A stretch of DNA of 64,000 nucleotides from a virus, in the IMG/VR virus record IMGVR_UViG_3300033148_003055, positions 1 to 64,000 of that record, one strand, 5' to 3'. Below are positions 9,503-17,184 of this stretch, one piece after another. The notes beneath the pieces are model-generated. The model made no database searches. It saw only the letters and a list, made by a program, of their open reading frames with translations, and was not told where the DNA came from. Within the stretch, counting starts at the first letter, position 1, and each line of letters opens with the position of its first letter. Made by a program: the position numbers and the translations under genes.

Positions 9503-10065
9503 ATCCAGTACCCCCGACTGCTGGGGATGTAGACCCCCGGGACGTCCTGGGCAAGGCAGGCCTTAGTGACCCCCGGCTCCGTCCCCATGTCGTGGACGAG
9601 AACGATCTCCCGGGCAACTCGGCGTGCTTCACGAATGTCGGCGAGGGCGGACTCGTAACTGTGATTGGCGTCGACGATTACGAGGCCCCAGGTCTTGTCC
9701 TTCTGTGCCTTGAGGTATTCAAGCGAGTCGCACGTCTTGAAGGCCATGATCTCCGGGGAGGAACCGTCGCGGACGGTGTTCTCTCTCGGGACCTTCCGCC
9801 CGTCCGACCGTCCCCCGTACTCGTGACTCCAGTCGTCGACCCCGCAGTACTTCCCCCGGGCGTTCTCGGTCAACGCCCGACAGATCACGACAGCGCCGAT
9901 ACCGTCGGACACCCCGAGCTCGAGGACGGTGTAAGGCTTCATGGCCCGAACGAGAGCGTAAACGAACAGGCGCTCCACCGGCCAGTCGAGCGGGGACTTC
10001 CCAATGACGGACTCGATATCGTTCTGGCCGTCGCCCTTGCGACGTTCGGCGTTTTGACGGTCCAC
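9481..10065 (-). CDS. Class I SAM methyltransferase (Methyltransf_24-like)
   Basis: VLELGVSDG, IVDANHSYE, VHD motifs; GTG start inferred. Confidence 0.85.
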   Translation of the reverse strand: MDRQNAERRKGDGQNDIESVIGKSPLDWPVERLFVYALVRAMKPYTVLELGVSDGIGAVVICRALTENARGKYCGVDDWSHEYGGRSDGRKVPRENTVRDGSSPEIMAFKTCDSLEYLKAQKDKTWGLVIVDANHSYESALADIREARRVAREIVLVHDMGTEPGVTKACLAQDVPGVYIPSSRGYWMWSAPCE

Positions 10066-10066
10066 G

Positions 10067-10612
10067 TCAGGCCTCCGCTCTCCGTAGAACGGCAGTTGTG
10101 CGGAAGACTTCGACGAGCTCGAAGTCGGTCTCGGCGATGAACTCCTCGACGGCCTCCCCAACGCCCTTGAGGTGATCGAGTTCCCAACGGCCGTAGTCGT
10201 GGACGCACAGGGTCCCGTCTTCCTTGAGTAGCCAGGCGACCCGGCGACAGTCCGCCAGGCAGGCGTCGTGGCTGTGGTCCCCATCGACGAGGACGAAGTC
10301 GAAGAGCTCCCGCCGGACGTACCGGTCCAACTCTTTGAGAGTTCCGTGGAAGAGATTCATGTTCTGGCGCCCGTTTCCGTTTGCGTCCCAGAGCTCCGCG
10401 ACCCCGGCTCCCGTCCCCTCTCCCTTACGGAACGGGTCGACCGAGAGGAAGTTCGCCCCCGGTCGACGATCAGCCCAGTACGCACACGTCGCCCCGTCGA
10501 GGGTTCCGATTTCGAGGACGTTCCCCTGTTCTGGCAGGACGGTGAGCATGAACTCCCGCTCCGTCTTGTGCATCGCGCTCCGGCCCTGGTAGCCGTCCAT
10601 CTTGTCGCTCAT
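10067..10612 (-). CDS. Class I SAM methyltransferase (Methyltransf_24-like)
   Basis: VLEIGTLDG, SVDPF, VDGDHSHD, VHDY. Confidence 0.9.
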   Translation of the reverse strand: MSDKMDGYQGRSAMHKTEREFMLTVLPEQGNVLEIGTLDGATCAYWADRRPGANFLSVDPFRKGEGTGAGVAELWDANGNGRQNMNLFHGTLKELDRYVRRELFDFVLVDGDHSHDACLADCRRVAWLLKEDGTLCVHDYGRWELDHLKGVGEAVEEFIAETDFELVEVFRTTAVLRRAEA

Positions 10613-11328
10613 CTTGAACCCCTCTCTCCCTTGTCGATGCCGCACCGTTTACAGATCGGAATATCCCGCCGCCCGGACATGAGGTCGCGGTAGACCTTCT
10701 TTGCCCGAGGACTATCAACGAAGGCGCCCAGACCGTCCTTGAGGTTACCAAAGGTGATCGACGTCGCCCAATCGAAGCAGCACAGAGCGATGTCGCCCGT
10801 GCACCGGACCACGACCGCACCGAACGGAGAGTCACACTTCGAGTCCGGGCCGAGGTCGATGAGGTCGCGGCCGTACCAGTTGAGTCTGTCATCGAGTCCG
10901 TGCCTGGCCACTCGAAGGTCGACCCCTTCTGGCGCCGTCAGCCCCCGTAGTCGCGCCCCTTCAAGGTCTGTGTACGCGGTCACTTCGACCTGTTTCACAT
11001 TCGGGCGCCTACACAGGTCGTCGAGGAGTTGCTGACTCAGGTTCCAGCCGTTGGTCATGATGAAGACACGGGCGTCCGGGCACGCACAGTCCGCGAAGTC
11101 GATCAGGCTGAACAGACGCGGGTCGAGCATCGGCTCGCAGTAGTTGTGGAAGGCCAGACGCCCGTTGAAGTCGTGATCCCCAAGCTCGACCAGCGCGAGC
11201 TCGACCCAGAGTTCTGGGAGGTGCCTGACCCCGTCGGCGTGGTCGTGGAGTGGGCACTTCGCGTGCTGGTCGGCGAAGTTGCAAACGTTCGACAGCTCGA
11301 AGGTGACACGCTTGATTTTATCCCACAT
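10609..11328 (-). CDS. Radical SAM / twitch-SPASM protein with variant CX5HX2C motif
   Basis: ELSNVCNFADQHAKCP, EPMLDP, MTNG, C..PF...GDIALCCFD...GNL...CKRC. Confidence 0.85.
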   Translation of the reverse strand: MWDKIKRVTFELSNVCNFADQHAKCPLHDHADGVRHLPELWVELALVELGDHDFNGRLAFHNYCEPMLDPRLFSLIDFADCACPDARVFIMTNGWNLSQQLLDDLCRRPNVKQVEVTAYTDLEGARLRGLTAPEGVDLRVARHGLDDRLNWYGRDLIDLGPDSKCDSPFGAVVVRCTGDIALCCFDWATSITFGNLKDGLGAFVDSPRAKKVYRDLMSGRRDIPICKRCGIDKGERGSR

Positions 11329-12100
11329 GACCGCACCTCCGGAGGATGCTATCTCTAGACGCCTCGTCAAGAAGCGGTCCGATCTTCGCAGCGATCTTCG
11401 GGTTCTTCCACATGCTAGTCGTGTTCTTCTCGTGCACCACGACCACGAACTGACCACCAGGGAGGTCGACCCGGTTAGCGCATTCCCTGAACCGGTTGTG
11501 GGGCAGGCAGAAGTTCCACCGTTCCTCGTAACCGTCCGGGTCGTCGAGGTAGTCGCGCGCGTACGTCTTCGCGAAGAATGGCGGAGGGCACGAGCCCGGG
11601 GTGTAGGTGCACATCTCCCCCGTCGCCGAGTTGTATATGTACCCGGCTCGGAAGAGCTGGATGAGCCCGGGCGAGACGTCCTTGAGTTCGATATGCTTGC
11701 GGGCGGACTTGAGGTACATGTCGTCGGAGTCGACGCAAAGGAACGTGATCGCCTCGGCATCGTGTCTTTCAAGAAACTCGAACACAGCCTCCCGCGCCGG
11801 GCCCTTTCCATACTTCTCGGAGTCTCGGGCGGGGTGGAATATCGGGATCGCTTTGAAGTCCTTGAGGACGTCAAGTACCGGCTTGGCGATACCCTTGCTC
11901 TCCTCTGGGATGCCCGCCCAGATGCTCTTACCGTGGGCAAGGCGGCAAAGTGACGGCAGCGTAAACTTACGGAGGACCTCCGCGCGCTCCGCCCACCACT
12001 TCGGCTTCCCGGAACCGCGCCGCCAGTACCACCCGCCCACCTCGGTCTCGTGGTGGAGGAGCTCGCCGAACGGAACCCAGATTCGCAGCGCCGACTTCAT
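11318..12100 (-). CDS. Putative glycosyltransferase (rhamnosyltransferase-like GT-A)
   Basis: RAEVLRKFTLPSL, VDSDDMY DxD motif, VVVHEKN. Confidence 0.75.
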   Translation of the reverse strand: MKSALRIWVPFGELLHHETEVGGWYWRRGSGKPKWWAERAEVLRKFTLPSLCRLAHGKSIWAGIPEESKGIAKPVLDVLKDFKAIPIFHPARDSEKYGKGPAREAVFEFLERHDAEAITFLCVDSDDMYLKSARKHIELKDVSPGLIQLFRAGYIYNSATGEMCTYTPGSCPPPFFAKTYARDYLDDPDGYEERWNFCLPHNRFRECANRVDLPGGQFVVVVHEKNTTSMWKNPKIAAKIGPLLDEASRDSILRRCGHVG

Positions 12101-12741
12101 CGCACAGTCTCCTCGAAGAAGTCGAAGTTCCTGAGGAGCTCGTAGCCGCTCTTCTGAAGTTGGACCACGAGACTCTTCAGGAGGCCGTGCAGTCCGTTGA
12201 CCCGAACCTGCCAACCGTGAGAGACGACGTGGACTGGAAGCCCTTCCGTCATTGCCGTCATCGTGATCTCGCCGTCGCTCCTCCGTTGGATGATCTCCGT
12301 CACCGGGAGAAGGAGCGGGTTGTCCGGGGCTTCGACCTTTCGGTAGTCGCCTCGGATGCAGGTCCGGGCGTACTTCATCCCGCAGCCCTGAACGTACGCC
12401 GCGCTTCTTGGGCAGAACTTCCCGGCCGGGTAGGCGAAGCAGTTCACGTCGTGGATCGGGAAGAAGGTCTGGAGCTCCCTGCGGGCGCGGTGGATTTCGT
12501 CGCCGAGTTCCTCTGGTCCAAGGTCGGGCACCCAGCGATGGGTCCGGGTGTGGTTCCCGACTTCGTGACCGTCGTAGAGTCGGCAGATTTCCTCGCGGTG
12601 CATCCCATCGTAGACGGAGGGCAGCAGTAACGCGGGACAGAGGTAGAACGTCGCCGGGATCTCCATCTTGTCAAAGAGTCGGATGACATCGATGTCCCCC
12701 GCCCCTCCGTCGTCGAAGCTGAACGTGGCGATCTTCTTCAT
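12097..12741 (-). CDS. Polysaccharide deacetylase (CE4/NodB)
   Basis: FSFDDG, PATFY, HEVGNHTRTH, FAYPAG. Confidence 0.92.
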   Translation of the reverse strand: MKKIATFSFDDGGAGDIDVIRLFDKMEIPATFYLCPALLLPSVYDGMHREEICRLYDGHEVGNHTRTHRWVPDLGPEELGDEIHRARRELQTFFPIHDVNCFAYPAGKFCPRSAAYVQGCGMKYARTCIRGDYRKVEAPDNPLLLPVTEIIQRRSDGEITMTAMTEGLPVHVVSHGWQVRVNGLHGLLKSLVVQLQKSGYELLRNFDFFEETVR

Positions 12742-13523
12742 GACTGTGTCCAATCCTTCACCCCGAAGACGCCAAGCACCCGTGCGCGCTCCGCACTGTT
12801 GGTGATCTCCCGGCGGAGCTTCTTCTTGGTGTGGCTGTTCTCCCAACTCGACACAACGTTCTCGCCGTGGATGAGGTAGCAGAACTGGCCACCGGACATG
12901 ACTATGACCCTCGGGCAGTCCCGGACCTTGTGATGCGGACCCTGCAATCCCCACTTGTCTCGGTAGGCCCACCACGCCTCGTCCGATTCGAAGGCCTCCC
13001 CCGAGAACATCATCGCCAGGAACGGCGGGGTCGAGTCGGTGGAGTCGTACTCGAAGAGGCGACCGTCGACCCCAAGGATGTAGCCCTCCTCGAAGACGAG
13101 ACACAGGCCACCACCGGGGGCGATCGCGTCGAAAGATCGGAAGGCGTACCGCCCATACATATCATCGGAGTCGAGGTTGATCAGCACGAGATGGTCGCAC
13201 CACCCCCTGTAGTTCTCGCGGATCGCCTCCGCGCCGCCAAACATGCCCTCGCTCGGCTCGGTGTAGACGCACTGACCTCCTGCCGCCTCGATGGCCTGGC
13301 GGACCTCGGCGGAGTTCTCGTCGTCCTGACGCAGGAACAGACCGTACAGGTCGAAGTCCTGGAGCGACTGGTTCGCCAAGCTCGGGAGCGTAAACCGCTG
13401 GAGGATGTCCAGCCTGCTCACCCACCATTCGCGTCGTGCCATGTTCTTCCGGTAACGCCACGCATTCTTGACGCCGGAGTCGTCGCGGTTGAATCTCATG
13501 ATGACGGCTAGTCGCTTCTTCAC
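12738..13523 (-). CDS. Putative glycosyltransferase (rhamnosyltransferase-like), paralog of 11318-12100
   Basis: RLDILQRFTLPSLANQSLQDF, LDSDDMY, PPF, IHGEN. Confidence 0.78.
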   Translation of the reverse strand: MKKRLAVIMRFNRDDSGVKNAWRYRKNMARREWWVSRLDILQRFTLPSLANQSLQDFDLYGLFLRQDDENSAEVRQAIEAAGGQCVYTEPSEGMFGGAEAIRENYRGWCDHLVLINLDSDDMYGRYAFRSFDAIAPGGGLCLVFEEGYILGVDGRLFEYDSTDSTPPFLAMMFSGEAFESDEAWWAYRDKWGLQGPHHKVRDCPRVIVMSGGQFCYLIHGENVVSSWENSHTKKKLRREITNSAERARVLGVFGVKDWTQS

Positions 13524-14215
13524 TTCCAAACCCTCGCACACTTGCGGCAGACATCGTAGCACCGTTTCCCGTTTTCCAGGTTCTCCACTGCCTTGAGGCG
13601 CCGCTCGCTTTCGAGAATCTCGGCAAGCGATTGATCGTTCAGGTCCCCGAGTATGCACGTATGTTTCCAGTCCCGGCAGCAGAGCCCGACTTCCCCCGTG
13701 TGCCAGATCGTCAGGTTCTTCTTCGGCGCGTGACACGGCATCGACAGGTCGACCGGGTCTCGGTCGTACATTTGCAATCGCGAGTCGAGCCGCTCTTCCC
13801 TGACCGAGTACCTGGCGCCGCCCTTGAGAGTCCGGAGCCTGGCGGCCTCTTCTGGGGTGTACCCGTTCGTGATAACGCGGGCGCCGTAAATCTGCGTAAG
13901 CCTTGTGAGGAGGTACTGATCGAGGCAGCGCCCGTTCGTGATGACGTACGGTGTGGCTTTGATCCGCATGTTGACACGGAGAAACTCGAGGAACTCGAAC
14001 AGCCTTGGGTCTTCCAGAGGCTCGTTGTACACCGAGAAGATCACCTCGCCGGTGTATCCATGATCAGCGAAGTGGTCAAGAACCCGGTAGACGATCTTGT
14101 CGTCCAGGTACTTCGTCTCGGTGACGAGGCTCGCCGGGCACCTCGGGTGCATGTGCGCGTAGCTGCACCGGTTGTTGATTTCAAGCTGGACCTGATGGAT
14201 GCCTTCGATACTCAC
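13520..14215 (-). CDS. Radical SAM / twitch-SPASM protein with variant CX5HX2C motif
   Basis: EINNRCSYAHMHPRCP, NEPLEDP, ITNG, PCHAP...GEVGLCCRDW...CRKC. Confidence 0.85.
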   Translation of the reverse strand: MSIEGIHQVQLEINNRCSYAHMHPRCPASLVTETKYLDDKIVYRVLDHFADHGYTGEVIFSVYNEPLEDPRLFEFLEFLRVNMRIKATPYVITNGRCLDQYLLTRLTQIYGARVITNGYTPEEAARLRTLKGGARYSVREERLDSRLQMYDRDPVDLSMPCHAPKKNLTIWHTGEVGLCCRDWKHTCILGDLNDQSLAEILESERRLKAVENLENGKRCYDVCRKCARVWK

Positions 14216-14754
14216 GACGCCCTCCTCATCACGGCCATGTGATCGACTCTGGCCGTCATCTGCCAAACGCTATCCCCAACGAACTCGTCCACCGCCTTCG
14301 TCACGCGCTCCCCTGGGATGCGCCCGTAGTCGTGAGCGAGGAGGACCCCGCCCTTCTTGATGACGGCCGAGCAGACCCGAAGGTCGAGCAGGCAGTTCTC
14401 GTAGTTGTGGCACCCGTCCACGAGGACGACGTCGAAGAGGTTGTCGACGATCATCGCGAGGTCGACCGACGTCCCGACGTGAAGCCGCATGTTCGGTTGC
14501 GCGTTCCTGGACCAGATCACCTCATCGCCCTCTACCCCGTTGTCCGCGTCCCCGGTAATGAACGGATCGACGCAAAGGAGCCGAGCGTTCGGACGGGCCA
14601 TCGAGACCATCGCCGCGGTGACCCCGTGGTACGTTCCAATTTCGAGGAGGCGGCCGTCGTCCGGGAGGGCAGTGATGATCGTGGACAGCTCCCGCTGTGA
14701 CACGAGGGCCTTGCCCTGCAGGTCCGGGTGGGTGAGTCCGAGTGGCGTTCCCAT
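14212..14754 (-). CDS. Class I SAM methyltransferase (Methyltransf_24-like)
   Basis: LLEIGTYHG, CVDPF, VDGCHNYE, AHDY. Confidence 0.9.
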   Translation of the reverse strand: MGTPLGLTHPDLQGKALVSQRELSTIITALPDDGRLLEIGTYHGVTAAMVSMARPNARLLCVDPFITGDADNGVEGDEVIWSRNAQPNMRLHVGTSVDLAMIVDNLFDVVLVDGCHNYENCLLDLRVCSAVIKKGGVLLAHDYGRIPGERVTKAVDEFVGDSVWQMTARVDHMAVMRRAS

Positions 14755-15566
14755 TACTCGTACCCCCACTGTCTTAAGGCATTGATGAACCTATCGTCCA
14801 ATTTGCTTTCGAGGTCCGGCTGCTCCGCCTTCCACCGTCCGACGTGGATCGGGTTGTAGAACGTGACGAAGGACTCCTCGTCCCCGTCGTGGTCGTCGAG
14901 ACCGACGAAGGCGGCGATGTCCCGGAATACCTTCGCCCGATCCTTCACGGCTTCCTCAAGACGTACGGTCATGATCCGGTCACGGAGGGACGGAAGCATG
15001 AGAGCGGCTTCGAGACCCTCCATGCACTTGATCCACCAGTCCGCCGCGAACTGCGGCTCATGCTTGCGGGTCATCAGCGACGTCACTGCATCCCGCCCAT
15101 CCCGGATGCAGAAGATGACGCGGGCGTCCGGGTACTCGTCGAAGACCTCCGGCAGCTGGTCGCAGTACGTGAGCGGAGTCTTATCCCCGTAGAGGCGGAG
15201 GGAGCCCTTCGAGAGTTCGGCCATCTGGAAGAGGACGTACTGGAGGGTGCTGAGTTCGGCGTCCGGCCCGACCTTCTCGACGAGCTTGCGTATCTCGCTT
15301 ATCGGGATCGTCTGGGCAAGCGGGTTTCGCAGCAGGAACGGGCGCTCCAAAATCTCCTTCTTCGTGTACGGGCCGTCGCCGTGGTGCCGCTCGATCATAC
15401 GCTTCAGCCGATCCATCGAGGCCACGTACGCACGTCCTTGGGTTGAGTAGAGTTCCAGCTCGTACCAGATGCAGATGCCCGGCAGTGCCGACAGGGCCAT
15501 CTGCAGGCCGGTGGTCCCGGTCCTGGGGCAGCCGGTAATGATGAGGGGCTCGTTGTACTTCTTCAT
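14754..15566 (-). CDS. Sulfotransferase
   Basis: 5'-PSB IITGCPRTGTT, YGDKTP, 3'-PB IRDGRDAVTS, VRLEE. Confidence 0.92.
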   Translation of the reverse strand: MKKYNEPLIITGCPRTGTTGLQMALSALPGICIWYELELYSTQGRAYVASMDRLKRMIERHHGDGPYTKKEILERPFLLRNPLAQTIPISEIRKLVEKVGPDAELSTLQYVLFQMAELSKGSLRLYGDKTPLTYCDQLPEVFDEYPDARVIFCIRDGRDAVTSLMTRKHEPQFAADWWIKCMEGLEAALMLPSLRDRIMTVRLEEAVKDRAKVFRDIAAFVGLDDHDGDEESFVTFYNPIHVGRWKAEQPDLESKLDDRFINALRQWGYE

Positions 15567-16195
15567 CCGTTCCTCCGGATGCTGACAACGCCGTTGTCGT
15601 AGCGGGCGATGGTCACGCCGAGGTCGGACCTGAACTGCTTGAGCTTGTCGAGCCGCATCTTCGGAAGGGTCGGGGCCCTGAGCCCATTCTTCGGCCCCCA
15701 CCTGGATGCGAACTGCTTCTCGTTCGTCCAAATCGTTCCTTCCGGAGCGAGCATGTCAAGATAGAGCAGGAAGAGGTTGACCCCGTGCCACTTGCAACAC
15801 GCATAGCAGGTCAGGTCCGAGTCGACGATCCAGTCGTACTTCGGGTTGTTCCCGAACCGCTTGTACGTCGGCCAGAGGTGCTTGTCCCCTACGACGACCT
15901 TGTAGTTCTCGATGGCGAGCAGGTCCGCGCGGTCCTTCTCCTTCGGGTTGATCGTGACACCCTTGATGGACGCGACACTGGGCGCAAGCTCCCTCGCCAG
16001 CCGCGAGTTCCCGACGCCGACGTGGAGGACGCGGTGGTCGCCGATTCCGGCGCAGCCAACGAGGAAATCGATCGTCGTGCGCTCGCCTTCGCTGCACGCC
16101 GACCGAGCCGCCCAGTTCTCCTTATCCTCAGCGAGGTCGTAGAGCGGAGTCGGTGTCTGGGCGCAACGCTCGTGGTCCTGTAGTCTCCACCTCAT
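15563..16195 (-). CDS. Class I SAM methyltransferase-like protein
   Basis: VLHVGVGNS glycine loop, YDWIVD, LAPEG. Confidence 0.6.
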   Translation of the reverse strand: MRWRLQDHERCAQTPTPLYDLAEDKENWAARSACSEGERTTIDFLVGCAGIGDHRVLHVGVGNSRLARELAPSVASIKGVTINPKEKDRADLLAIENYKVVVGDKHLWPTYKRFGNNPKYDWIVDSDLTCYACCKWHGVNLFLLYLDMLAPEGTIWTNEKQFASRWGPKNGLRAPTLPKMRLDKLKQFRSDLGVTIARYDNGVVSIRRNG

Positions 16196-16713
16196 GACTT
16201 ACTCCTTTCGAGAACTGCAAGGTTGTCGCAGCGTTCCTTGATCGTGAACCCGGTCCGCATTGTGAAGTCGTAGACGGCCCGCTCGACCGGCTCACGGTCG
16301 TAGTCGTGAACGGCGATGAGACCCTTCGGCTTGACAAGGCTCTTGGCGTAGTGGAGGTCCGTCGTCGCCCCGTTGAAGGTGTGGTCGCCGTCGACGACTA
16401 TCAGGTCGAACGGGCTCCCGTCCCAGACCTTCGCGACGTACCCTTGGATGGTTCCCTTGAAGAGCATCATCCCGGTCACCGCGTTGTCGTGCCACGCCTT
16501 CTCGCACGCCGGTCCGGCCTCCCCGACGAACGGGTCGACGCAGGCGATGTAGATCGAGGGGTGATGGTCCTTGACCTGGCAGGCGGTCACGCCGCACCAC
16601 GTCCCGATCTCCAGCATCGAGCCGACGTCGGGTGTGCTCTGAACGAGGCACGCCAGCTCGGCGCACGACATTTGGGAGGAACCCTTGTAACCTTCGGGCC
16701 AGCGAGTGGTCAT
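16192..16713 (-). CDS. Class I SAM methyltransferase (Methyltransf_24-like)
   Basis: MLEIGTWCG, CVDPF, VDGDHTFNG, VHDY. Confidence 0.9.
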   Translation of the reverse strand: MTTRWPEGYKGSSQMSCAELACLVQSTPDVGSMLEIGTWCGVTACQVKDHHPSIYIACVDPFVGEAGPACEKAWHDNAVTGMMLFKGTIQGYVAKVWDGSPFDLIVVDGDHTFNGATTDLHYAKSLVKPKGLIAVHDYDREPVERAVYDFTMRTGFTIKERCDNLAVLERSKS

Positions 16714-16985
16714 TTCCTGAAGAACCCCCAGATGCGTTCGTGGGCGACGTAGAACCCGAGCTTCGTGATGAACTCGGTGATGGCGATACCGGCGCTGATC
16801 TTGAAGTCCTTGGTCGTGAGGTACGCGATCGTCAGAGTGGCCAGGCTCCCGAGCACCCGGTAGCTCAGGGCCTTCGCGACGCTGCGCGCCCACGAGCCCG
16901 TCTCGAGCATCCCGACCCACATCGGGCGGATCATCGAGTCGACCCACGCTTCCTGCGCCTTGGGATCAGTCGGAGGCCAGAGCAT
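16710..16985 (-). CDS. DUF2061-like small membrane protein
   Basis: RSVAKALSYRVLGSLAT...KLGFYVAHERIW signature. Confidence 0.85.
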   Translation of the reverse strand: MLWPPTDPKAQEAWVDSMIRPMWVGMLETGSWARSVAKALSYRVLGSLATLTIAYLTTKDFKISAGIAITEFITKLGFYVAHERIWGFFRK

Positions 16986-17184
16986 TACGTATCCTTCGTT
17001 TCATATTCACAAGGAAGACCATGACGCACGCCGGGCACACCTTGATGAAGTCCTTCCCGTCGGACCCGACAGAGATGAACGCGATCGACATGAACCGCGT
17101 TCGCGCCCCGTCCTTGTCAATCTCGTGCGTGACGAACTCATCCTTATTCTCGAACTTCTCGCCGCACAGTGTGCACGTCTTCAC
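16966..17184 (-). CDS. Small Cys-rich (zinc ribbon) protein
   Basis: CTLC...CPAC; GTG start coupled to the upstream stop. Confidence 0.55.
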   Translation of the reverse strand: MKTCTLCGEKFENKDEFVTHEIDKDGARTRFMSIAFISVGSDGKDFIKVCPACVMVFLVNMKRRIRNALASD

